Part shown: in pieces, positions 24,121 through 37,468 of the stretch
Layout of the letters: the number at the start of each line of letters is the position of its first letter
Numbering within the stretch: the stretch's first letter is position 1
Assembly (NCBI GenBank): GCA_040954595.2
Contig: CM082579.2
Location: 4,768,779-4,832,778 of the forward strand
Length of the DNA stretch: 64,000 nucleotides
Origin: Balanoglossus misakiensis
Lineage: Eukaryota > Animalia > Hemichordata
Reading direction: 5' to 3'
Notes under the pieces: generated by a model
What the model saw: the letters and a program-made list of their open reading frames with translations, nothing else
The model's database searches: none
What the model was told of the DNA's origin: nothing
Made by a program: the position numbers and the translations under genes

Positions 24121-27100
24121 TTACACTTCTGCTCGCTCCCAGACACTGACCTGAAAGCCATCTTCGAGCGGCGGCAATATGTAACAAAGGAGTCTTTCCT
24201 TGGCGTAGCTGTCAACCTCATCCGGGCAACTTCCAGCCTTGGATTCGAAGGCCGTGACTTCCTTAAACCACGCCTCCCACTGCTCCCAGATGTAAAATCC
24301 TGGAAAGCCGGGGATCGGGCCTTCGTTCGCCGGAACTTTCGAGGTGAGTTCACGCTCCCCGAACGTGCGACTCGGCGAGAATCGACCATCCGCCTCGGAC
24401 GCAGATATCGCATTCTCGGAGACTGTCGCGAAAATGTCTACGGTAGGGTTCTCTTCGAGCCTGCCGAACATTTCTTGCAAGACGTGCAACTTGAGGTTCT
24501 CGGTGACGACAACCAACTGGCGGATTGATCGATTGCGTTTTATGCTGTCGAACAGCAGCATTAAATCGGCGTCGTCACCAAAATGTTTGATGACCACGTG
24601 TCTCAGACTAGAGCTCTCCTCCAGCGCTTCGGTGAAGACTCCCGCGGCCTGCTTGCAGCACTGCTCTTGTTTAACCCGACGGGCGCCGCTGAATAGCGGG
24701 TGGCTGCTCAGGTCTTTGTACCGCGACGATCGCCTGGTCGGGGACGGCGACGATTCGGGCGTTCCATGACGGGAGTAGGACAAGCGCTCGGTGTTGAAGG
24801 ACAGTTTGCTCAGGGATTTATTCTTCGCGATGACGCTGGCGAGCGCTTCTCTCCTTTCGGCAAAGAGACTACTCGACGCAAAATTTGTGCTCAGCGATTT
24901 TAGGCAGCCGTGGTGCGACAGGTCCTTTGCTACGCCGACAAATAGATTCTCCGCCTGCCGGTGTCCGTACAAGGAAAAGTGCTGGAGGCATTTGTTGATG
25001 GGCGAAATGATAGCGTGAGGGCGCCTCGATTCCTCCACATTGATGCTAAGGCGTAGGTAAGTTAGGCTGGCAGAGGATGCCAGCGCTTCGCTTATGTGGG
25101 GCAAAAAAATCGAATGGCACTCGCCCTCGATTTGTAGACCTACGTCCCGAAGGGCGGGGTTGTTTCTTATGACTAATGCTGTCATCGACTCCGTGGAATG
25201 CGGTACAGACATGACGAGTCTCTCTAAATGACTGGTCCTACCCAAGGTGTCGAACAACTGCACGTCCATGTCTGTGTACGAATAAGGATAGTTAAACACC
25301 AAGCTTTTAAGTTTGGTCGTCTCTTCGTCGTCTCTGTTCTTGCGCACGTACTCGCCTATGACAGCGGTTAAGCCGGAGAAAAACTGCGACGTGCACTTCG
25401 CACTGAATATGCGCAGACTGTCCGGTTCGGAGAGGATGGCGGGGGCGACCTGGCGCGCGGATTCGACCAGGTTCCCGGATTCGTGCAAGCAGACCAGGAC
25501 CAACTGAATCATGCGCGAAAAGTACTCGGTGTTAGCGTCGGAGTTCGATAGCACCTCTGTGAGCACGGCGAACAAGCTGCTGCATTGTGACGAAAGAAGT
25601 CCCGCGGTAAATAGACATACATTGTGGAGTTCTTCGGCCGTGGCGATTGTCTTGAGAACGCCCTCGTCGTTCGCTTCGCCGCTGCCGTGGAGATAATACG
25701 CAGCCAGGAATTCTTGGAAAGTTTTGTGCAAGAAGACCCAATACGTGCAACTCTCGACGCGGGAGGCGCCGTATTCTTGATACAGAAACCCCGCTTTTAT
25801 CATATCGTCAGAAATTGTATGCCGGTCTAGGTCTTCTTGTTTGAATGTGCCCTTTTTGTCCTTCAGGCCTTCGAACGCCATTTTACCCAATTTTGACAAT
25901 TTGACGGCAAAATCCTCTGGTATTTCTTTACTCTGTGGTACAGGCAAATTACTTTTCTTATAGAATCTTTTGATTATGCTCACAATTATCTGACGATATA
26001 GTTCGGTCACCTCACTCCAGAGCGCATGCTCATTATCCTCCCACAGGACGCACAGCAAGACAGCATTCAGAGGGTTTGTTGTAAGTATTTGAATTTTGTC
26101 GTCTTCTTCTATTTTAACTTGCAGTTTTTCCGCAGCATCTTCGTCGCGATCAAAGTATTTTTGGACGAAAATGGCCACACTTTCTGGAGTAAAACCTTTG
26201 ATTATGTAGTGGTCGTCCGCTTCTGCGACCAGGTGGCGGCGCTCGGTGCTGCGAGATGTCGCCACCACCGTCGTCTGGGGGAGAACTCTTCGTTTCACCA
26301 ACTTCAGCACGTCGGATTTCCACGCCGTCTCAAGCTCGTCGACTCCGTCGAGAAATATCAGCACTCTCTCTTGGTTTTTCTTGATGTAATTTCCGAGGTG
26401 GGTTTTGTCCACCCCGCTGTCCTCGGGGAGAAGTTGGTCGAATATCGCGTCCACGAGTTTACCGCTGTCGAGCATCCGCCTCAGATTCAGAGCAATCAGC
26501 AGATCGAAATGTTCCGCTGTCCAACTCGACTCGTCCTCTGCCCAATCCAGCGCGAATTTCCGACAAAAAGTGCTCTTACCAACACCCGGCTCCCCCTCCA
26601 CCAAGATTCTCTTGCAGCCCCCGTACAAGAGTCTTTTGCGAAAGTCACTTTCTGAGCTGGGGCGCTCGATGCCGCGTGGACTCCTCGCCGTTAATTCCAG
26701 CTCTGTGTAGATGTCGGCAGTTTTGAGTTGAAATCCCGCTTCGAACCATGGCGTTGGCTGAATCTTGCTACTGTAGTTCAGGTAGTACGTCCTAAGTAGT
26801 TTTTCACAGGCTTTTGCGGCAGCAGATTCTTTGTCAAAAATAATAAATAAATAAATAGATAGATAAATCAACCAGGTATATTACAACTCAATGCGAACGC
26901 AGTATGATCTAATCAATGTATTAATTATTTCATCTATCCATCCATCCATTCAATCAATCAACATAAATTTATGTTTGACATTTTACTGATTGAGTTTCTA
27001 CACTCAGATATGATGCTTCGTGTTGGAATTTTACCTGCTTCGCTTCCTCCAGCACTGTTGTGACCATTCGAGAAGTCTGCACTATCATAGCTTTCAACTG

Positions 27101-29129
27101 AAAAGGCGAAATAGGGTAACTAGTTAAGTTTTGTAATATTCAAGCGATGTACTGTTCGACATCTCGGCTTGTTTCAACATACTTCCCGAGAGAAAAATAC
27201 CGCTATTTTAAGCATGAAAAAAATGGCATTTTGCATATGGTTTGCGAAGGTTCAGCCGAGACTTACCCGAATCGAAGCGAATATCGCCGATCTTCACCGA
27301 TGACGAATCGCCAGTTACGACGACGACATTGCCATCCCCCTGTACATTAACCTCGTTGTGGGGGGTCTGTGCGCCGCTGCGATCGTTTCCCTTGTCTGTC
27401 TCCTGATTGATGAAACACAGAGGAAAGGTCATTCACCATTTATTATTCAGAAATGAAAATTACCCTAACGCATTGTCTAACCTTGCCCATTTCCATATAT
27501 ACATGTACGTGTTCCTCGTCACCGTGAACACCAACACCATGGAATTCACTTCCTGAACCGCAAGAAGTAAAAAAGACGACCCTTCGTGACAAAATAGTTT
27601 ATGCATATCATTACAGTATTCGCAATACATGAACTTATTAAAACTAAAATTATATTTCTAAGAAATTGACAAAAAAGCCGATCAGGGTATGACTGAGCGT
27701 CATGGTTATAACAATTTGGTTGAAAAAAAAACACATTTTCGTCTGAATTTCAAAGTAAAATATCCTCGTTGACCTCGAAGCTTACATTAATTTTGCGCAT
27801 TTTTAAAATGTCCAATTAATTAAAACGCTGCAAATGAGACCTTCGAAGTGCATAATTCTGAGTCAGTGTACATCTGTTGTGGGTATACATTTCACTTCAG
27901 CGTCACGTACAAACCTAACGCGCTAAATATGGAAAAGACAAGGCCATTACATGTGAAACAACTAACTTTGAGTCACCATGAGGTAACCGCCAGTACTAGT
28001 ATGCTGATTAGGGCCTCATGGCGTTTTTCGTTCAGCTCACAAAACAACTACAGTCTTGTAAAATAAAAGGTGCGCCCATCACAACGTTTCACCCCAACAA
28101 ACAATCGAGAATAATTATAAGCCAGAACAGTACATTAGCTTGTTGTGTTTTACTTTATAGTCAGACAAATTGTGCTTTCAGATCGATATAATTAACAGCA
28201 CAATTATTGGTATTACGTAATCTTTCTTCCATTCGTCATCAGTTAGACTGCTCAGCTGACATACTTATTAATATTCTCTACTATCAAATCACATTGTACT
28301 TAAATTAGTCCGAGTCAAATTTTATTCCTTTTTTTTATAATTTAGTGAACATTTAGGCGTACTAAATTATACAAAAGCTCTAGCTTCGAGGGGGGCGGGC
28401 AAGTCATCACCTCCATTGCCATTCTTCATTTTGCTATTTCGATTGGTGTGTGGGGTTCAGTAATGTTTTGGAATACACATAAGATCATATACACCAATGA
28501 TAATCCACCGACCCCCGCTCCCAGGTTGGATATACATGTACTGACCAGTCCCTAGCACATGTTTTTTTATGTTTCAGTCACTCAACTCGTCTCTTAACAT
28601 GAGTCACCCATGACGTCACCGAACGTAATGACATGAATTAAACTGTCACTCACATTTACTGCACATTCCACAGAGTTCCACGCCGTGACGTGAAACATGG
28701 CCGATCAGTGAGCATTCGCTCGTTCTCACAGTTTGTCAAATTATGTGTACACGTACTAGTACCCGGATGAAAATATCCGACTATGCACCTCTGCTCAGAC
28801 AGCAGATAGCTTTACACCGGAATTGGCATAGAATTTTCTATTGTAATAATGACATGCATCGTGCATTCGTCATGCATACTATTCTCTACGGTGCTGCGGC
28901 TATTATTAACAAGAGTCATGGACGGTGACGATCGCTCGCTCCTGCCTATATCATTGTGGAGCTCTGAATGTCAGTTGCGTTGGCAGGATACCAGCGTATC
29001 CAAATGCAATCTCACATTTTATAACACAAAATAAGCATTAGTATGTTCAACCGAGTACCCGTTGCTTTCGAAACCAAGTTGCGGGCGACGCGGTTATCTG
29101 CTTTAGGCAAATACCATGTCAAGAAACAT
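24121..29129 (-). CDS. NLR-family NACHT NTPase with degenerate LRR-like C-terminus and short N-terminal amyloid/RHIM-like motif (~970 aa)
   Basis: Large exon 24121-26828 has Walker A GEPGVGKS, Walker B VLIFLDGVDE, VVATSR, NPL and winged-helix FLHKTFQEFLAAYYL, followed by LxxLxL-type repeats. Upstream in-frame exons are 27035-27097 and 27267-27402. The inferred start micro-exon is 29115-29134 (ACC ATG TTT CTT GAC ATG|gt), with a probable 5' exon ending at a donor near 29539. The start is less certain than the NACHT exon. Confidence 0.88.
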
Positions 29130-31065
29130 GGTACCTGTAATAAAAGGAATCTGACCTTGAAAATCGAATGACTAACCTTCAATAACATATTACTCTAGTA
29201 TAATGACATTTTTTGTACGGAATTACATTTGGTATTCATATAAATTCGAGAGAATCGTTAATGGGTATATAAATATAGAATCTGAATAAAATTTAGAAAC
29301 AAACACCTCCCTTAAAACAATGTGCGATACTACGGCAGAACTATACAGACACAGAGACGCATGTTTAGCTACCAATAGTACATTATCGACAACGTCGAAA
29401 TCTGCATTTGAAATCTTGCCTACAAGCAGTATACACACTTCCCTGTATTGTAGGCCTACCAACGTCTCCAAATACTGTAATGCAACGCACGCTCTTCGAA
29501 ACAAAGACACAACGCCCTTAAAAACACAAAGCGCTCACCATTTCATTTCCGCGTTGACATCATTCCACGGCCACGAAGACGGGCTACTGGCGAACCGCGC
29601 CTGCGCGCAACTACAGCTACCAGACGGACGAAACGCCGCCACAGTTCGTCGCTATCTGAACCACAGTCCCTCAGAGAGGAATTTGTCTGTGTTGAGATAC
29701 TATTGGGAAGAGTTCCACGCGGAAACTGCCGTATGATATTACTGGTCCAGCAAGTTTTCATGTAATATCAACATGTCGTGTGATTCAATGAGATAAGCAC
29801 CTGTTATTATTCTTAAAACTAGCCCAAACAAGAAGTTATCAACAAAACTGCAGCCTTTGAACATAGTATGACCCAATGTCGGCAAAAGTGAGCTCCATTC
29901 GTTCAGTTGTAACGGGGAGTACCGCGGAAGCTTATCATTGCGCCCTCTGCGTCCACGCCATCACCCAAACAAAAAGACCCGGTACCGTGCGTGAGGTCTG
30001 GGCAAAAGTTCAATCGTAATTACCCCTAAACAGGTACAACAGGTGACGTAATGGTCCGATAGACAAGAAAATGCACGACCGAGTTTCTTTGTGTCGAGAA
30101 GATGTACAAGACCTGTCAGAACAATTAGCTTGTGTTAAGTGCATGTAAATGGTACCTCGGTGAACCCCCAAGTCTAATTAATGAAGGGTAAAGCCGTGGC
30201 TTGTGTGATTTCACAATGCGGTTAAATTGGCGGCCCATTCAACGCTGGGCGAGACAAAAAAGTGCTCAGAGTTGTAATTGCTTTCTCATTGCTGTTGGTT
30301 CAATTGAAATGTCTCCGTTGGTGACTGAGATGTGGGTGTTCTTCGATGTGCTGTTCCTGCTGGTGAGTTTGTCCAGTGTACACGTGAAAACACTTGCTCT
30401 GCATCCGAAATCATCGATGTTTTCTCTTTTAAATTCGCCAGCTTGCTGAGTTCTATTCACATTGCAGTCCAGCGCCCTCGGTGGTGTCTGTTCAGCCGTG
30501 CCGAAAGAACGATCACACCTGCTTGTCTCCATTATCTTCCGCTAATAATTTCTGACTCGGTGTTTGTTGGGGGATAAATATCGATCGTCTCAGTCTGAAG
30601 GGAGGCGCGAAATTCACTGCTGGCAAGCACAGTCACCACAGCCTTGGGTGCGTTGCATTGTTCCAACCATTCAGGCCCGGCCTGTGACGTCGCTCGAGCG
30701 GCCCTCGGTGAACCCCGGCCCACAAGTTGAATGTTGTTAATATTTTAATGCATGCAAATTACTAGGTGGTATAGTCGCCGAGAGGCACTTCGAACAGTGT
30801 TGAGAACTGCTCTGCTCTGGGCAAGTGGGTCCGTCAGACAGGTCGCCGTGTCAAACCAGGCCGTGTAATCAATACCGCGGGCATTTTATGAACTAGTCGA
30901 GGCAGACGACACTATCACTCCGTTACGTACTTGAGGTGGACGTACGCGCACTCGCCGGTCCCGGCTAATCACACTGAGTTTCACGCGGGCTCGGCCAAGA
31001 AGTTCCAAAGCAACTCATATACAACGTCAAGGGCACAGTAGTTCTGAAGGAAGAGCTAAAGAAAC

Positions 31066-34000
31066 ATGTCACCGCTGTGGCCGCCAGGGACGCGCCGTAC
31101 TATCAGTCTAGCGATATTGTTTATATTTTTATTCAGGTAGGAGTTGACTCACTTTTTTCCAGTACAATACGCGGTCGTCTTCGCGGTAACGTTGGAAACG
31201 GTATTATGGGAACGAACACCATTCATTCTGTTTATTTTTTGCATAATTCGTCAACTGTTCAGTACACCGTGTTTGTACAGTGTCCATTGTTATATTTATT
31301 CCCTTCACAAAATCTCAGCCGAGGCTTTGTAACTTCTCTTTCAGACTCCAGCTAGCCAAATCGTCCAGGTCCCTCGGTGAAAGGGGCCTTTGTCGGTACG
31401 GGAACACGATCGGCTGCTGCTACGGGTGGAAGCGAAGCAAAACCGGCAGGTGTCAACGTAAGTTTGCTCGCATCATTCTCCCCGCTTTGTCATCTGATGA
31501 AAGTCTGCCCCGGGCGTCAATAGCAAATTAACCAGTATAGTTTTAACGTTTCATTTAACAGCAAGGCCTCCCCGATCCAGTTGCATCAAGATTAGTCAAA
31601 TCATTCCGTCGGTGGTTTAAATTGGGACACCCCACGCCCCATGTCCCGCAAAAATGAATTCGTATAATATCGTTGACATATTGTCAAGACTGAATTGCCA
31701 AAAAAAGAATATCCGGAGCATGGGGGTTTGTATACCTAATTTATTTTTCAGGGTTCTTCTTGTTATGTTGTTTTTCTCCTGCTCCACTACGTTCTTCACA
31801 ATCGTCTAAGTTTGACAGTGATACTGGCCATGCATGTACGCGAGCGGATGAGCGTCGAGGTCGAACGAGCCTGCAACCAGACTGGTTACGCGTGAACCGT
31901 TAGTTGATTTGTCGAGGGACCGTGGCTGATCTCCACCGTATCACCGCTTCAAGTACGTGTACAAGTATGTCCAGCCGGCACACGCGCGCTCGTAATATTA
32001 AATGTCCTCGCGCAAGCAACTATCAACACGTCGAACTGTAAATTAAAAGTAATTTCTCTGGCAACTTCAATTCAAAGTTACAATGGGTGACATTTGACCC
32101 CAACTATAGGAGGCCGGAAAGCTCTTCCCAGACGGTCCGTGGTACCGCTATCTTTCATGAATCAGAACTTCTGCGTGATTGGAATAGATAATTGATATGT
32201 CTACATTTAGCCATTTCTCACTGTATTTAGAAACATTCATTTAAAAACCAGTTGCTCCCTATGACTGATGTCCCCACACTGAGATTATAATTTGCAGTGA
32301 CCTTCGCATTATATCTACCAACTTGAACTTAAAGACGTCGGCTTAAAACCTCGCTGAGTGGAGAATATGGGATTCAGACCACGTACAAATTCCCACAGCA
32401 ACGATGCAATATTTCTGGATGGAGACCTACAGCATCACCGTTGGGCTAATCGGATTTCAAGTTCGTCGGATATTAATCTTGGTGGGATGGTCTAAGGGTA
32501 AAGTCCGGGGAAGGTCATCCGATGTGGTAGGGATTTGAAGACTCAGATGCCTCTCCGACAAAAATGACGCTGTATCGAAAGTCTTGGTGACAGCTGGCCT
32601 TGGAAATGCCCAATCTTTTCGACCTCTCGGATATCACGGACTTCGGCAGAGCCTGAAAGCCAAAAGGCCACTGCACTGCCCTTCCGGAGTTATTATTGTA
32701 GAAGCCGTGAAACAAGTGGTTCTTTGTGTCTGGCCAAAACACTTCGCAAAAATCCTCGGTATTGTATACAAATACGATCTCCTATGTTATATTGTGTGCC
32801 CGCCTATTACCATAATGGCAATGGTTACATTTCGCCGCTAATTCAGCATTCAGACCAAGAGGTGGCCATGATTAAAGATCCTCATCAGACATTGGGACTA
32901 CTGGGAAGCAAAACAGAGAACCCAGTAGCCTAAATATATACTAGTGCGTTATCACGAGTACCGCCATTTGAAAATTGTATGTCCGGCAAGGCATTCAATT
33001 ATTCTACTTTCCTGTGTGTGCATCAACTCCCAAGACGCGAGCATGTACGGTTTTTATGTCCATCCATAGAAAAGATTTCAATTAATCAATTGCAACTTCC
33101 ACGTCAGTATTATTCCCAGCTTAACGCTGAGCCCCCTTCTGAATGAGTTCGGCCCGTGCTAGCAATGCAGTTAATAGCCATGTGTGGGGCGAAATCCATC
33201 CCGGTATCAAACTCAATGTGGCAGGAAATAAATCTTTCACAATGGTCCGCATTTAAGGACTGCGACCGGTATATTGAAGTGCAATTAACAGTCTCGAAGA
33301 AAGCGCATTTCAGTTAGTATTTATTTCCCCCTGTTATAAAGTCCGCCGTTCCGTACAATAGACTCGGGCGCTTTTCACGAGGCGTTTATCAGTTCATTGA
33401 CTCGGGCACGGTGCACAATGCCAGGCCCGATTAGTCCATTTACTAGTTCATCGGCGGTTACGAGTAATGAAGACATTTAAATTATAGCCCGGTGCCGAAG
33501 AAAACATCTCGGTCGCGGATTATTCGCTTTGGGGGAGATAAACATGCCCCGGGCGCCGTGTTCAATGCGGCTTAGCTTTAATTAGTGGAACTGGTCAAAG
33601 CAAATCATGATGGGGGGAAAACATCGTCAACAACTTGCAATCAAGAGCATCCCTCTTCTGGACGTATGGTAGTTGAACTGGAAAGATCAGTCATGTGTCT
33701 AAGTACAGGTAGTTGCACAAATTTGCTCAATTGGACGTCTGCAAAGTCCCCATTTGCAATTAGATGGCAGTAAGACATCCATCTACGTGAAGGTGAATGG
33801 AGGAGGAAGAGGGTGGTGGTGGAGGGGGGGGGCGTCCACGGCCTTCTGTATGCCATCTTTCAACGTTTGTCCAGCTCCGTAGTTTTATTGTCCCGGCCAA
33901 AATGACTTGCCAATTCTTTTTTTTTTCGTCATGATGAGTCCCGTCTTTCCGATAAAGTTGCATTGTGAAGAAATGTCTGTCAATTATCCAGCACCTCTAT

Positions 34001-37000
34001 TGTCAACAAATGACAATAGCATTAAATTACTCCAAAACAAGAGGAGTTATACACCAAAGATCCCTTTATTTCAATTGACACGGTGTGTTAGAAACAAATC
34101 GATACAGCGATAATTTATCACACATCCCCGACCGCTCTAAAATGTGACAGGTAATGCTAACCGTCAATCCGAATTAGTCTCGACAACACTGCATTCGCAG
34201 TGATAATGTCCCGCGACCCTCCCACTCATGATATAGGCCTATAGAACGACTGGTTTGAATACGCCAGTGCCCAGATTAGGCCTATACGTACAGAGAGAAT
34301 TCCTGGCAGTGAACTAAAAACAACTTCACTTTAAATGCCGAAATGCACAGCGCCCTATTTGTGCGATTTCTATGCCAACGCACGTCACTGAGAATCTCAC
34401 CGAAGTTCATGGATTACAGGGACGGAATGCCAAGGTCCTCACTGGAGCATGACAAATAAGTTGTGCGGTCAAGTCACAGACCCTCGCCCAGACCTTCGAA
34501 GTCTTTGGGTGTGTCCTAGTAAACATGGTTAGCGTAATTCCCCCGTGCATAGAGTATGCCGTGCCTCTTTTTGGATAACTTTGGGATATTTCGAATTTCG
34601 CAGATTTCACCACGTGTGACGCGGCTTGGTATTGATAACAACTGTCGCGCGGTACACACTTGTGAATGTCAGTGGCTAAAAATCCCAACTCAAATCGTCT
34701 TGAGTCATTCGCCAGCGTCTTGCAGTCTCTGTTCCGCGTCTGTCCTCGCCGTCTGGATGACCTTGGTTGGCCCTGGTGACATGCCCTGACCATCGCCCCC
34801 GTCTCTACAAATCGGGACGTTGTTTCGTGTTGTGTGCGGAAAAAAACAGGTGGAACCTGAAGCAAATTATCTAGTCGACGAGAAATAAAACTAGTTATTG
34901 TCGTTGTACACGAGCCCAGTTCGAGAATTTAAACTATTTATAGGTAGAATGGCGCTCGTAAAGTGAACGATCTCATAGTTTCAAGCCACAACTTGCGTAA
35001 AGTCCTTGGCAGAATATTCACCGTTTTAACACGCGTCTGGCTTTTTAAACAGAGAGAGAGAGAGCGATTCACAGCACATGCGATCTTCTTTGCATCTATT
35101 GTCGTTTATCGTGGGGCCTACATCGGCTACCTTAGGAAAAGATATTCTGTGTATTCAGCGAGAATTTGTGACCGTGAAACCGGAAATAATGAATACGGGC
35201 GATGAAAACGCCGCAATGTGTGCATCGCTCCCGAAAGAATCGCTAATCCTCTTTCCAAGGGAAAGTGTCCTCAAAACAAATCAATTGATTTTTTTTCTGC
35301 GGCCACGCCGTTATACCCTTGTGTACATTGTATCCCCTCCCATTCGAGCCCTGCCCTCAGCAGGACCTTGCAACTACTCAGAGAATGGTCAACGAATCCT
35401 TTAGTACCGTTTTTAATCCCAGGCGAACCTCAGTATTCGGCACAAAGGGTATTCACGAACATGGTTGCTGGCTGGTGAGCGCGCGTTTGTAAGTCACGGT
35501 GGCATGGCAACGTGTCAAGAACGAGGTTCAGATGAATTGGAAAGTTAGGACCTTTTCAGGGTTGGCTAAATCCCCTTTTTTTCTTGTACTAGTGGTAGTA
35601 TTAAACTCTGTTCAATGAGGGTATTCTTTTGTTGACAAGACTTCTTACAACAACACCGGTGCCTTTTCACGGGGAATGCCGCACGCACGTATGTAGGCTA
35701 GGATTGTATTCATCCGCGCCGCTTGCGGGATGCGTTCTTCAAACATGACCCGCATCTTGAAAAGAGGTGAAAGTAGCCAACCAGGTCAGCCTCTGCCGAT
35801 CGTTTACCTCAAACGTGTATAAAATGCTCGATAAGGAAGAGACCACCCAAAAACCGACAGGAACTCTGCATTACCCCCACACTGCGCGGCCTGAACTGTA
35901 TCAGGAACCACGCAAGCATCACTGATATATTCCAGAGGTGAATCGCACTTTTTGTTCACAGTGTGTCCTGACAGGGTCTCGACCCGTCTGAAACCTCAGG
36001 CGCTGTTACAGTTGACTCCCGCTGAGGGCACTACCACAAGACAGCGCGGTCGTGTGTTTAAAGAATACAGCCAATTGAATAAGGCGAGTGTGACCAGCCA
36101 AAGAATATTTTGTAATTTCGCATGTAGTCAACTTTGGCTGCCAACGGACGCCTGCTTTGGCTCCGACAGTACAACGATACATGCATCTGCGATCATCTGG
36201 AACGATCCGAAACGAACCGTCATTTTGCAACCAACGCGAACCCCGTCTAATCTGAGCCGCGTTGGTTCCGCTCTGTCTGCGCGAAAGTCGTATCCTTTTG
36301 CACAGTTTGAATCGTTCAACAGCCATACTCTCAAAACTACGACGAATTCGTGTTATTTCCGGCCTTAGTGGCACGTTTGGTAGCAGGGCAAGCCTTCGTA
36401 TCGCATACTGATGTCCAGACCATAAAATTGAAAGAGGCACTAGACTCACAGTTTTCAAACACATTATATTAAAAAAGTCTTATAGGGCAAGCTTGTAAAT
36501 AACATTTCATTCTCGTGAACACTAACATTACATTCTCCGAACACTGAACCGCCAGTTAACTTCCAAGGTGATGCGTAGTAATATTTGTTGAGTCTTCTGT
36601 CGTGGACCGTGACAAGACCAGTGACGTCAAACACCCAGGTTGGTACTGTCAAAGTAAAGAAAGAAACGCGAGCTGATCATCAATTGTGAATGAAGATAGT
36701 GAGAGGGCGAAGGTCAACTGAATGATATAGAGCATGAACCTTTGAAGAACCAGCCTTATACAAAGGTGGATGAGATCTAATCCCAAGCATTCAGCATGTA
36801 ATATTTAGAAGGATTTGTCTTTCAACAAGACAATTGCAAAATGACTGAAATATGTTTTTCCCCCGACAAATCCACTGAAACACAACAACCAGTATATGCA
36901 AGCATCATTTCCGCCGACCCAAACCTACTTATCATGTTACTAGATATTCGTATCCAACCGATCTGGATATTGTTAACATTTTCTTCCCACGGTTAAGTAG

Positions 37001-37407
37001 TGTAGTCAAATTCTATCTTGCATTTTTACACAAATAAAAGGAGCTGTTACCGCAGTACATCGAAACAACAAACTTTCAAATGATTTCCCCAAAACGACGC
37101 GGATTAGACCATTTAGGATTTACTGGTGTAAATCAAGGGCCCTTATTGTTAGATAAGGTAGACACCATCCTGTCGCTTTAACTCAGTGTGATGTTATGAT
37201 GGCCTTGTTTGCCATCCTTCAGATTTCAATTAATAGAGGGGTTTGATCCTTCAATCGTTTAATAACACAGTGGAGCTCCAAACGGGATTATCTGCCGCCC
37301 GCCCACAAAAATCAACGCCGGCATCCGTACATAGTGCTTGACAACTTGATAAGTATATTTTGCGTATACATCGTTGTTGTATGTACATGTATTGTGTTAT
37401 TTTAATG

Positions 37408-37468
<61 letters not shown>

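Noticed and set aside
24025-26710. Plus-strand ORFs (167, 141, 209 aa) overlapping the NLR
   Set aside because: Antisense shadows of a GC-rich coding exon with no recognisable motifs.
26829-26871. ORF-track N-terminus MIYLSIYLFIIFDK of the 916-aa NLR ORF as a signal peptide
   Set aside because: It is intronic polypyrimidine/low-complexity sequence upstream of the AG acceptor at 26829-26830.
29543-29761. 72-aa minus-strand ORF as an N-terminal NLR domain
   Set aside because: It stops just before the splice donor and has no death-fold character. More likely 5' UTR/uORF or chance.
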